Positions 1 to 7,269 of a DNA stretch of 20,000 nt are shown one piece after another. The DNA is from an uncultured virus (IMG/VR IMGVR_UViG_3300010370_000033). Taxonomy: Duplodnaviria; Heunggongvirae; Uroviricota; Caudoviricetes. The DNA lies in the IMG/VR virus record IMGVR_UViG_3300010370_000033, one strand, 5' to 3'. The notes beneath the pieces are model-generated. The model was not told the origin of the DNA and ran no database searches. It was given only the letters and a program-made list of their open reading frames with translations. The first letter of the stretch is position 1. Every line of letters begins with the position of its first letter. A program made the translations under genes and the position numbers.

Positions 1-35
1 GAATCAACGATTTTTTGGAAATTGATTTTCCCAAC

Positions 36-60
36 AAAAAAGGGGCTCCGAAGAGCCCCT
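36..60 (-). terminator. Rho-independent terminator with cUUCGg tetraloop
   Basis: Minus strand AGGGGCTC-TTCG-GAGCCCCT followed by a T run, downstream of ORF 110..343. Confidence 0.9.
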
Positions 61-109
61 AGAATGTCAATGTATCTTCAGGTAGTCTTATTCAGGACTT
101 TAATTCACA

Positions 110-343
110 TCAATTCACCTGAAGAATCAGTTCAGAACGACGAGCACGATTTACAAATGCGCCTACACTTTCTTCTTCTTCAATGGTATCAGACAGTTCG
201 GTTTCCCAGGCTTCAATATCATTGACGTGATAGGTATAGATCTTATCAGGATTGGTGTGATAGACAATATCTACTTGAGAGTCATCATTCACTTCAGAAA
301 TAGAAAGAATGGAGCTGGACTTGAATGCAGTTACAGTAGCCAT
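110..343 (-). CDS. KTSC-like small domain protein
   Basis: SSSILSI...Y.Y...SVGAFVN pattern resembles KTSC (SSxIxxxxY...YxY...SxGxFxN). Confidence 0.6.
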   Translation of the reverse strand: MATVTAFKSSSILSISEVNDDSQVDIVYHTNPDKIYTYHVNDIEAWETELSDTIEEEESVGAFVNRARRSELILQVN

Positions 344-399
344 AATAAGAAATTAACGGAATTAAAGGACTAAGAGAGGCTCTTGTGCCTCATGAGATT

Positions 400-459
400 A
401 GAATACCAAAGTTCTTGTATAAATACAAGGGTGTTTGTGCCAGTTCACCATCTGTCCAT
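400..459 (-). promoter_or_regulatory. Early promoter module 1 (palindrome 436-459, -35 TTGTAT, -10 TATTCT)
   Basis: TGTGCCAGTT-CACC-ATCTGTCCAT; 17-bp spacer; 30 bp from palindrome to -10. Confidence 0.8.
418..425 (+). promoter_or_regulatory. Possible T4-type late promoter TATAAATA
   Basis: Exact TATAAATA on the + strand inside the hairpin of module 1; may be chance in AT-rich DNA. Confidence 0.3.
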
Positions 460-618
460 TCGGGACAGGTCTTCAATATAGGCATTTACTTTCTCTGCTG
501 GCTCTAGATCAAATAGCTGTCGCCAGTTGATCTGATGAGGATTAAAGTCAGGAAATGCTGTGATTTCTAGGGTGATTCTATACCTTTCCTTAGTGGCGGA
601 CTGATAAGAAACTGACAT
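445..618 (-). CDS. Hypothetical protein, 57 aa (MSVSYQSATKERYRITLEITAFPDFNPHQINWRQLFDLEPAEKVNAYIEDLSRMDRW)
   Basis: Manual translation; below the ORF-track cutoff; directly downstream of a consensus promoter. Confidence 0.8.
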   Translation of the reverse strand: MSVSYQSATKERYRITLEITAFPDFNPHQINWRQLFDLEPAEKVNAYIEDLSRMDRW

Positions 619-645
619 TTTGAGTTCTGGGGTGAAACTTTGTGT

Positions 646-674
646 ATCTTAGGCGATCTTAGGGGATTTGTCAA
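646..674 (-). promoter_or_regulatory. Sigma70-type promoter TTGACA-N17-TAAGAT
   Basis: Perfect -35, 17-bp spacer, 28 nt upstream of the ATG at 618. Confidence 0.85.
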
Positions 675-765
675 GGGGTGTCGGGAGTTATATTTTGGGT
701 CTGGTGGGGTTTTTATGTGGGGCGCGTGTTATTTTGAGTTCTTAAGTGTTGGCAATCTAAGATCA

Positions 766-937
766 CAATAAGAATTGGCATTTACTAGCATTTACTAGCA
801 TTTACTAGCATTTACTAAGGTTTGCTCAATAAGATCTGACATTTTCCCAATAAGATCACCATAAGAAATAGCTTTTACTAAGGTTTCCTCAATAAGAACT
901 AAGATTTCTCAATAATATCAACTTTTTCTCAATAAGA
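766..937. repeat. Phased CAATAAGA repeats (iteron-like)
   Basis: Copies at 766, 827, 848, 890, 910 (CAATAATA) and 930; spacings 61, 21, 42, 20, 20. Confidence 0.8.
778..817. repeat. Tandem repeat 4 x GCATTTACTA
   Basis: Four exact 10-bp units. Confidence 0.95.
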
Positions 938-1025
938 TACTTCTTTCATTCCGATTTATCCTTATAAACGACTACTTTTTGTTCTACCTTTCCTACATAA
1001 AAATAGAGAAAGTAAAACTCCTACT

Positions 1026-1523
1026 ATGATAGATGCACCACATAAAGAGGTTTGGAGAATCAAAGGATTTGAAACCTTTACAAATTACTTTATTGATGTA
1101 AATGGTAATGTATATTCTACCAAGTATAAGAACCTTCGCAAACTTAGACCATATTGGGCTAACAACAAAGAGAACCCATATTGGAGAGTTACTCTATGCG
1201 ATAAAAATGGTAATCTAAGAAAGTTTTATATTCATCAACTGATGCGTGCTGCATTCATTCCAGAAGAAATGCAGGGACGTTATGTATTTGCTGGAAATAA
1301 GAATCGTAAAGATAATTCACTTCGCAATCTCACTCAAGAATATGAACTCAATGAAGATGTTCGCAATGAGATTAAGTTAATACATCAGGCTTGTATTGAG
1401 AAAGGATTGAATGTTTCTGATTACTCTGGTTTTGTGAATGAAGTGATGAGTGAGATGTTAGAAGAATATGTAAATCGTAAAGGATTGAAGAAGATATTGT
1501 ATAGACTGAAGAATGAGCAATAA
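1026..1523 (+). CDS. NUMOD4-domain protein with degenerate HNH motif and helical C-terminal extension
   Basis: EVWRIKGFE...Y.IDVNGNVYS (NUMOD4), then Y.RVTL...IHQLM..AF and N.N..DN...NL; the usual V[N/D]H reads VFA. Confidence 0.75.
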   Translation: MIDAPHKEVWRIKGFETFTNYFIDVNGNVYSTKYKNLRKLRPYWANNKENPYWRVTLCDKNGNLRKFYIHQLMRAAFIPEEMQGRYVFAGNKNRKDNSLRNLTQEYELNEDVRNEIKLIHQACIEKGLNVSDYSGFVNEVMSEMLEEYVNRKGLKKILYRLKNEQ

Positions 1524-1556
1524 AAAAGAGAGCATGTTTTAGTCGCTCTCTTTTTT
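1522..1556. terminator. Bidirectional terminator between convergent genes
   Basis: AAAAAAGAGAGC-N11-GCTCTCTTTTTT. Confidence 0.85.
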
Positions 1557-2013
1557 ATTGCATTTTTGATTTGAAGTATGAGATAATCAGATTTTCATCA
1601 ATATTAGGATTCTTTCTCCCTGAGTTGTTGAGTATTGTTGTATGCCAGGGACTATTGTCTTCTGTTGCTAATCTTGAAAGTTGGGTATCAGAATAAGAAC
1701 CATAGATTTCTTGAATTCTCAATAGAAGTGGAATTCTAGGATCTTGTTCTGAAATTGTAGGAGGTGATCTTAGAAGTTCTGAAAGTGGGAATTTGATTGA
1801 ACTGCTTCCATATTCTTTAGCAGCATTGTAGATAGTAGGAAATATTGGTCCCCAAGGAAATGCCGATACAAACTCATCAGTGAGTGGTTGATTGTATAAG
1901 GCAAGGCACCAACAATGAGAAAAATAAGTGAGTCTCTGAAGTTTGATGACTGTTGAATTTGGATTTTTAGCAAGAAACCAATTTGCAACTGCTAAAGATG
2001 AGAGATATTTCAT
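1555..2013 (-). CDS. Panacea domain (DUF4065, SocA/GepA-like antitoxin) protein
   Basis: VANWFL...KLQRLTYF...L..E...AFPWGP..P.IY...YG.YS..QLS.L....SPW...I....I..YF matches DUF4065 motifs. Confidence 0.85.
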   Translation of the reverse strand: MKYLSSLAVANWFLAKNPNSTVIKLQRLTYFSHCWCLALYNQPLTDEFVSAFPWGPIFPTIYNAAKEYGSSSIKFPLSELLRSPPTISEQDPRIPLLLRIQEIYGSYSDTQLSRLATEDNSPWHTTILNNSGRKNPNIDENLIISYFKSKMQ

Positions 2014-2310
2014 TTAATTTTCAAACTCTTTTTTCAATCGTTCGTATTCAATTCTTCGCGCTTCTTTTTGTTGATTTTCTCGTTCAATTCGGACAGCATA
2101 TTCTTTATCATTTTCCTTGCGATACTTAATTGCTCTAAGAACTATTGTAGCATCATCGCAGTAGGGTTCATATTCTTTCTGCAATTCAACTTTTGAATAT
2201 CCTTGAGAACGAAGATGCTTGAGTTTATGAATCAAGTCCTCAATAGGTTCAGTACACCAAATTCCACGAAGAACTGATGTGTATTCGGTTACTTGTTTGC
2301 GATCAGTCAT
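2014..2310 (-). CDS. Hypothetical phage protein with charged C-terminal coiled coil
   Basis: ORF abutting neighbours; R.END.EY..R...YERLKKEF tail. Confidence 0.8.
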   Translation of the reverse strand: MTDRKQVTEYTSVLRGIWCTEPIEDLIHKLKHLRSQGYSKVELQKEYEPYCDDATIVLRAIKYRKENDKEYAVRIERENQQKEARRIEYERLKKEFEN

Positions 2311-2474
2311 TTCAAAAGAGAATCAATTTTGCGAATAACTTGAGCCGTAAAGGTAAAGGGCCAAAAAAGACCTGCGAACATTCCTATAAACCAATCGTCC
2401 CAAGTATTATGTTCAACCATTGTAATTCCAGAAGAAACTGAAAGAAACAAATAAGCGGCAATGAGATAAGTCAT
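2307..2474 (-). CDS. Small membrane protein, 55 aa
   Basis: Manual translation MTYLIAAYLFLSVSSG...GMFAGLFWPFTFTA; two hydrophobic segments; ATGA overlap with next gene. Confidence 0.75.
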   Translation of the reverse strand: MTYLIAAYLFLSVSSGITMVEHNTWDDWFIGMFAGLFWPFTFTAQVIRKIDSLLK

Positions 2475-2480
2475 TGAAAT

Positions 2481-2684
2481 TCAGAAGTCAGTTTGAAAAT
2501 AAGATGAATTGTATGTTTCATCCCGATCAGAAGGAAGATTCAATCGCTTTTGAAGATGATTGATTCCTGAGACCTTATAGTCTTCTTCTTTGAGATCGGA
2601 AAGTAAATTAGTAATTTGTTTCTTTTCGTTTTGTGTCTTTGGTGTGCGAAAATAAGAATTGTGTTTGCGATAGGTGCGAGACAT
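2481..2684 (-). CDS. Hypothetical basic protein
   Basis: MSRTYRK...FRTPKTQNE ORF, 1-nt overlap with upstream gene. Confidence 0.8.
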   Translation of the reverse strand: MSRTYRKHNSYFRTPKTQNEKKQITNLLSDLKEEDYKVSGINHLQKRLNLPSDRDETYNSSYFQTDF

Positions 2685-3088
2685 CAGGTGTAATTATCAA
2701 GAAAATAATCTCGAAGAATTTCCATAGATTCAGAATCCAATTCATCAAGAAGAGATTGAATCTTATTCATTTTATTCTCTTGTTCTTTCTTTCGTTTTTC
2801 TTTTTCAACTTTTGTATAATACTCACAAGTGTATTGTCCACCATAATCATCTCCGTGAGGATAATGATTACGAAGAAAACTATTTTCTGAAAGTCCTACA
2901 ACTTCTTCATACGCTTGAATATCAACGTGAGATTCAGCCTCAGAAGTGTTCCGAATGAAACTACTCACAATATCGGAATAGTTTCCATAAACAACACGTT
3001 CAGCATCATTATAATTTTTTGCTACAACTGGAATCTCAATGGTTGTGGTAACGAGAAAGAGTGAAAGCTCGTCGGAATAAGAAGACAT
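2684..3088 (-). CDS. Hypothetical protein (likely paralog of 11677..12024)
   Basis: LF.VT......V.AK...DA and TC.E-like motifs shared. Confidence 0.8.
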   Translation of the reverse strand: MSSYSDELSLFLVTTTIEIPVVAKNYNDAERVVYGNYSDIVSSFIRNTSEAESHVDIQAYEEVVGLSENSFLRNHYPHGDDYGGQYTCEYYTKVEKEKRKKEQENKMNKIQSLLDELDSESMEILRDYFLDNYT

Positions 3089-3113
3089 TAGAATTCAGAA
3101 GTCAGTGTGAGTG

Positions 3114-3476
3114 TCACAGTTGAGATTCAATCAGATCTGCGATTTCATCAAATGAAAGATTCTCAAAATCATTCAAATCGGAGATTTGTTTCTTTCTATA
3201 TCCAGTATCAATAGTGGGATTAAGCTCCTTAAGATCCGCCCATTCAATGACTTCTTGAGTCAGAACTTCACCAGCATCTCCGTTTTTAGAAGGAATAAAA
3301 TAATCAAACTGTCCGTTACCATCAATCCATTCTTGATTAGTCTCTTTCAGATAAAGATCACAAAGAACTCCAAGACAACAGAAATGATTGCAGTCGTCAC
3401 GAAGTTGATAACGTCCTTGAGAATACTCTCCATTGCGAAGAGCATTTAACCACTTTTGCTTGATTTCGGATTTCAT
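3114..3476 (-). CDS. Hypothetical protein, FCCLGVL family (paralog of 6122..6520)
   Basis: KQKW..ALR.GEYSQ...FCCLGVL.DLYLKETNQ.W...LND....F..IA.LI..QL. Confidence 0.9.
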   Translation of the reverse strand: MKSEIKQKWLNALRNGEYSQGRYQLRDDCNHFCCLGVLCDLYLKETNQEWIDGNGQFDYFIPSKNGDAGEVLTQEVIEWADLKELNPTIDTGYRKKQISDLNDFENLSFDEIADLIESQL

Positions 3477-3502
3477 TTGAAGTTCTGGGGATGAACAAGA
3501 GT

Positions 3503-3562
3503 AGAATAACCGGGCTCTTGGAGGAATTCAAGAGCCCGTGTGACAGTGATTAGAGTGTCACA
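3503..3562 (-). promoter_or_regulatory. Early promoter module 2 (palindrome 3539-3562; TTGAAT/TATTCT; hairpin 3511-3538)
   Basis: TGTGACAGT-GATTAG-AGTGTCACA; 10-bp perfect inverted repeat over the -35. Confidence 0.9.
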
Positions 3563-3840
3563 TCAAAAGAGTACACTTGTCCGCGAGAGCGAATCTGAAA
3601 AATGGAGTTTACATTAAATGAACGCCAGGCCCCCCAACCACGCTCTTTTGCAATAGAGAAATCGCGAACGCGAATGAGATTTGGATTGTCTGTATTGGGA
3701 CCGAAACCTTTCAGTTCTTTACGATCTTTTGGATTAAAGACAATCGTACGCTTCTCTCCATTCTTTTTGATGAATTTTACAGAAACAATGGTGCTTCCTT
3801 CTTCTTGAAGAAAGTTGCGAATCAGAGTTGCTTTGCTCAT
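3550..3840 (-). CDS. WYL_2/DUF2693-like SH3/Sm beta-barrel protein
   Basis: V.F.KKNGEKR...D.......WRSF motif; start moved to ATG 3840 downstream of the promoter. Confidence 0.65.
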   Translation of the reverse strand: MSKATLIRNFLQEEGSTIVSVKFIKKNGEKRTIVFNPKDRKELKGFGPNTDNPNLIRVRDFSIAKERGWGAWRSFNVNSIFQIRSRGQVYSFDVTL

Positions 3841-3864
3841 TGGAGTTCTGTGGTGAACAATGTA

Positions 3865-3924
3865 AGTATGGCAGGGCATTAGAGGAGTTTCAAGTGCCCG
3901 TGTGACAGTTTCAGATCTGTCTAC
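3865..3924 (-). promoter_or_regulatory. Early promoter module 3 (palindrome 3901-3924; TTGAAA/CATACT)
   Basis: TGTGACAGT-TTCAGA-TCTGTCTAC. Confidence 0.85.
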
Positions 3925-4283
3925 TGCTTGCGAAAAACGAAAGAATTGGTTTTCGAAGAATAGACAGATCGTTGCGTTCTTGTATATGCCATCAGAGCAA
4001 CAAGCAGTTCATTTGCTTGTTGAATATCTTCCAGACTATCAGTTTCACCTTCAGGAAGTGGTTCGGATTTGCGAGCATTCTCAATATCTTTCAGCCAACG
4101 ACTTCCGTGCTCAGCAGTCTGTTTCACTTGCTGATTGGTCAGACTAACAGTAAGATTCGTCAGAAACTCAGAGAGAACCTCAGGATTCTCGGAGAGACGT
4201 TGAATCATCTCCTTACGAGAAATGCTACTAACTGTTCCAAATGGTGTAGGATCTTCCAACCATTTGGGAGATGTGGTGTTCAT
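3921..4283 (-). CDS. Hypothetical protein
   Basis: ORF-track frame; start moved to ATG 4283 after the promoter module. Confidence 0.75.
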   Translation of the reverse strand: MNTTSPKWLEDPTPFGTVSSISRKEMIQRLSENPEVLSEFLTNLTVSLTNQQVKQTAEHGSRWLKDIENARKSEPLPEGETDSLEDIQQANELLVALMAYTRTQRSVYSSKTNSFVFRKQ

Positions 4284-4307
4284 CTGAAGTGAGTTGCGAA
4301 CAAGATG

Positions 4308-4367
4308 AGAATAACAGAGCACCAGAGGAGTTTCTAGTGCCCTTGTGCCAGTTGTCAGGGTGTCACA
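4308..4367 (-). promoter_or_regulatory. Early promoter module 4 (palindrome 4344-4367; TAGAAA/TATTCT)
   Basis: TGTGCCAGT-TGTCAG-GGTGTCACA. Confidence 0.85.
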
Positions 4368-4618
4368 AGACGCTTTTTAGCATCACGAACTTCATCATCA
4401 ATACAAGTTCCAATTTGTTCGTAAATCCAGTCATTCTCTTCAATTTCATTGAGAACTTCTTCTACAATTTCATCAGAAAGTGAAATTGGATCAAAGTTTT
4501 CATCAAGTTCAATGACATCCTCTTTTGTGAAGATGAATGCTGCTACTGGAGAATTTTCTCCTTGTTGCTGAATCAGACGCTCAACGGATTCCTTAAGCTG
4601 TTGAAGTGTGCGAGCCAT
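4355..4618 (-). CDS. Hypothetical acidic protein
   Basis: ORF track; stop inside palindrome 4. Confidence 0.85.
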   Translation of the reverse strand: MARTLQQLKESVERLIQQQGENSPVAAFIFTKEDVIELDENFDPISLSDEIVEEVLNEIEENDWIYEQIGTCIDDEVRDAKKRLVTP

Positions 4619-4624
4619 TTGATT

Positions 4625-4804
4625 TTAGAAGCGAATGATGGGATGATTGTTGTCAAGAACTTGACAATCTTCAGTCGCGAAGACAAGTTCTATGCTAGCT
4701 TGATGAAACTCATCATTTTCATAAGAATCCCAGACACAAACATCTTGATTCAGTTGTTCTTCATTCAGTTTTTGAAGTTGTTGCAGAAGTTCTTTGTAAG
4801 TCAT
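4625..4804 (-). CDS. Hypothetical protein, 59 aa (MTYKELLQQLQKL...)
   Basis: Start moved to ATG 4804 after conserved leader GTTCACCACCGAACTCCA. Confidence 0.8.
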   Translation of the reverse strand: MTYKELLQQLQKLNEEQLNQDVCVWDSYENDEFHQASIELVFATEDCQVLDNNHPIIRF

Positions 4805-4828
4805 TGGAGTTCGGTGGTGAACAATGTA

Positions 4829-4887
4829 AGAATAGCGTGGATTTATGAACCTGTATGTGCTCTTGTGCCAGTTCAGACTTTGGCACA
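4829..4887 (-). promoter_or_regulatory. Early promoter module 5 (palindrome 4864-4887; -10 TATTCT, weak -35)
   Basis: TGTGCCAGT-TCAGAC-TTTGGCACA; 29 bp to -10. Confidence 0.85.
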
Positions 4888-5076
4888 ATGCTTGTGAAGA
4901 TAACTCATCAGAATTGGAACTTTTGAGTTATCATAAAAACAATCGCATTCTTCTGGAATTGAAATATCTGGATGATTCTTCGTTAGATAATTCATCATAA
5001 ATTGACCGTAACGTTGATTTCCCCTATGATGAAGAAACTCAGAGTTAATGAAGTGCATTAAATCATCAAAGTTCAT
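4873..5076 (-). CDS. Hypothetical protein (QRYGQ...DCFY motif)
   Basis: ORF track; stop inside palindrome 5. Confidence 0.8.
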   Translation of the reverse strand: MNFDDLMHFINSEFLHHRGNQRYGQFMMNYLTKNHPDISIPEECDCFYDNSKVPILMSYLHKHCAKV

Positions 5077-5258
5077 AGATGTGTCACCGTTGCGTAAATG
5101 GATGCTGTTCCGTGGCAGTAAATGTGAACTGGTTTTTTATAGAAATTTGCTACTTCTTGTGCCTCTGCATAGATTTCTTGATAGGGTCCAGCAAGAATTG
5201 TGTAATCCTTATTTTCCATTTTCAGAGTGAAAATGGAATTTCCGTTCAGAACAGTCAC
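5073..5258 (-). CDS. Hypothetical protein
   Basis: ORF with 4-nt overlaps at both ends. Confidence 0.7.
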   Translation of the reverse strand: MTVLNGNSIFTLKMENKDYTILAGPYQEIYAEAQEVANFYKKPVHIYCHGTASIYATVTHL

Positions 5259-5425
5259 TTAAAATGCCTCTCAAGAATCAGATTCATAACACAATGAGTT
5301 GCATAAGAGTTTTCGCGATCTGCTTCAGAGAGATTCTTGGCAAACTCTACCAATTCTTCTGAAGTATAAACTTTCTGCAAATCGTTCACGAATTGTCTTG
5401 CAAAATCAATGCTTTCAGTAATCAT
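5255..5425 (-). CDS. Hypothetical protein
   Basis: ORF-track frame; ATG at 5425 preferred over TTG at 5440. Confidence 0.7.
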   Translation of the reverse strand: MITESIDFARQFVNDLQKVYTSEELVEFAKNLSEADRENSYATHCVMNLILERHFK

Positions 5426-5550
5426 TTGAAGTGTTTGCAAATGAATGTGAAGAAAATCAATGTATTGGTCAGTGTGAAATACTTCACTCGCAATTCCATT
5501 GATTTAGAAAGTCAACTCCGCGAATTGAATTTCCTTTTCTTCACTCTCAT

Positions 5551-5610
5551 AAGATACTGAAGAATCGGAAATAAGTCTAGGGTGATTGTGCCAGTTACAA
5601 AATTGGCTTT
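5551..5610 (-). promoter_or_regulatory. Early promoter module 6 (palindrome 5587-5610; TAGACT/TATCTT)
   Basis: TGTGCCAGT-TACAAA-ATTGGCTTT. Confidence 0.8.
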
Positions 5611-5783
5611 TGAGGTGAGTTGTTGGTATGAGTAGGAGTCTTAGGTTGAGTCTCATTAAGAATCCAGTGGTGGACTGGGCTGAAAACTCAAAAAATCATT
5701 GATTTCAGGTTGGGAGTAGTGGAGTTCGTTGAGTGCAAATGAAAATGAGACTTTTTGAATTGTTCTAAACAACTTGAGAACTC

Positions 5784-5810
5784 AAAAAAAGAAGCCCATT
5801 TAGGGCTTCT
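5784..5810 (-). terminator. Rho-independent terminator
   Basis: Minus strand AGAAGCCC-TAAAT-GGGCTTCT-TTTTTT. Confidence 0.85.
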
Positions 5811-5934
5811 GAGAGTTAATGTTATCCAGAACTGTGATGATCTCTTGATTGGGAGTCAGGTAGTCTAGTTGAACTACCGTAGGAGAAATCTGAAACTTTC
5901 CAACAAGAACAGAAGCGAGAAGAATTTCAATCAT
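5800..5934 (-). CDS. Small hypothetical protein, 44 aa (MIEILLASVLVGKFQISP...)
   Basis: Manual translation; ATGA overlap with upstream gene; hydrophobic N-terminus. Confidence 0.7.
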   Translation of the reverse strand: MIEILLASVLVGKFQISPTVVQLDYLTPNQEIITVLDNINSQKP

Positions 5935-6125
5935 ACATCACGAATAATAAGTTTTTTATGAGACTTGGAAGAATCAGTGAAGTCAACGATATCCTCTACA
6001 AGAATTCTCACTTGTTGTTTTTTGTCCCAATCATAATCTTGAAACTCAAGTGGAGTATCTCCTCCATATTCTATTACAACTTGAGTGAGAATGGTAATCA
6101 GTTCTTGAACAGTTGTGGGATTCAT
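5931..6125 (-). CDS. Hypothetical protein
   Basis: ORF with ATGA overlaps. Confidence 0.75.
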   Translation of the reverse strand: MNPTTVQELITILTQVVIEYGGDTPLEFQDYDWDKKQQVRILVEDIVDFTDSSKSHKKLIIRDV

Positions 6126-6520
6126 AGTTGCGCTTGAATTAGTTCTGCAATGGACCCAAAATTGTAGCCGTGGTCATTAAGTTCGGAGAGTTCTGTTGAG
6201 AGATATTCATCACAATCAGACTCTTCATCAAAATCACCATTTTCAGTCATCACTTCAGGACAATTTGTATTCAGACCCGCCCAATCACTTACTGATTTTG
6301 GAAGAAAATCATCTGTTTCTTCAAAGGTATAATAATCATCAGATGTAATATCACCAGTTTTTTCGTGAAACTCCCACTGTTGATTTGTTTCTTTTAGATA
6401 AAGATCCGTGAGAACTCCAAGACAACAGAATCCGTCAGGTGTGTGAAGTTTTCCTTCTGTTTGAGAGTACTCTCCACTGCGAAGAGCCTCAATCCATTTT
6501 TGTTTGATTTCGGGTTTCAT
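6122..6520 (-). CDS. Hypothetical protein, FCCLGVL family (paralog of 3114..3476)
   Basis: Start moved to MKPEIKQKW by alignment with the paralog. Confidence 0.9.
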   Translation of the reverse strand: MKPEIKQKWIEALRSGEYSQTEGKLHTPDGFCCLGVLTDLYLKETNQQWEFHEKTGDITSDDYYTFEETDDFLPKSVSDWAGLNTNCPEVMTENGDFDEESDCDEYLSTELSELNDHGYNFGSIAELIQAQL

Positions 6521-6560
6521 TTTTTTGAAATAATAAAGATCATTCAAACTAAAGTTACAC

Positions 6561-6863
6561 TCATTTGTGACTCTGTGCAATGGAGAATGCTTCATCAAAA
6601 GACTTCACATCTTCTGCAACACAAGACTCCAGAAAAGAACCATCAGGCTGTTTTCCTTTATGAATCCAAACATTGAAGGAATCATAAGCGATTCCGGCAA
6701 TATAAGTACCCTCTCCAATTTGTTCACTAGGTCCGCGACGAGTGCAGTGTTTAATCTTGATGTTTTGATTCTTGGAAAGAGTATAAACATCAAAGGATGA
6801 TGTTTTCATCGTGCGAACACAGAACTCATTAGAGAGATCGTCGCCAATTTCAAAGAGAGTCAT
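6561..6863 (-). CDS. Hypothetical protein
   Basis: ATG directly after promoter module 7. Confidence 0.8.
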   Translation of the reverse strand: MTLFEIGDDLSNEFCVRTMKTSSFDVYTLSKNQNIKIKHCTRRGPSEQIGEGTYIAGIAYDSFNVWIHKGKQPDGSFLESCVAEDVKSFDEAFSIAQSHK

Positions 6864-6886
6864 TGTTCTTGGTTTGGAACATTGTA

Positions 6887-6946
6887 AGAATAACCGGGCT
6901 CTCAGAGTAAATCAAGAGCCCGTGTGCCACTTGAGGAATTGTCAGT
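6887..6946 (-). promoter_or_regulatory. Early promoter module 7 (palindrome 6923-6946; TTGATT/TATTCT; hairpin 6895-6922)
   Basis: TGTGCCACT-TGAGGA-ATTGTCAGT; same CGGGCTCT/AGAGCCCG stem as module 2. Confidence 0.88.
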
Positions 6947-7115
6947 CGCGATCAGAAATGTTCCAGATTCCCCATTGTCCTTGAGAATTGTTTCCTTGAA
7001 GAACCGAAATTGCCCAGAGTCTTTCTTCTGAAGAATACTGGTTCCATCTATCCGACAAGTAACAATCATCCCAGATCTTTTGGGCTCTAGAAATTGTCAT
7101 CAGAGAATGAGTCAT
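6942..7115 (-). CDS. Trp-rich hypothetical protein, 57 aa (...QWGIWNISDRD)
   Basis: Manual translation; ATGA overlap; stop in palindrome 7. Confidence 0.75.
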   Translation of the reverse strand: MTHSLMTISRAQKIWDDCYLSDRWNQYSSEERLWAISVLQGNNSQGQWGIWNISDRD

Positions 7116-7243
7116 TCCGAGACTTCTTCGCTTTCTTCTTGTTCAATATCGTTCGTGATTGCATCAAGAATCATCAGAATCTCATCACCAGTTTTTCCTT
7201 TGCGAAGCATATCAAGCATTAGATTTTTAGTTGCTTTAGTCAT
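7112..7243 (-). CDS. Small hypothetical protein, 43 aa (MTKATKNLMLDMLRKGKTGDEILMILDAI...)
   Basis: Manual translation. Confidence 0.75.
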   Translation of the reverse strand: MTKATKNLMLDMLRKGKTGDEILMILDAITNDIEQEESEEVSE

Positions 7244-7269
7244 ATTGAAACAAATGTAAAGGAACAATT

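Noticed and set aside
2480..3106. Short repeat TTCAGAAGTCAGT (2480, 3094; also near 8830)
   Set aside because: Only 13 bp, partly coding, with no consistent context; it could be a shared leader but is not distinguishable from chance.
3539..3562. CRP or NtcA binding site
   Set aside because: Half-site spacing is TGTGA-N14-TCACA, not N6, and GTA-N8-TAC is absent.
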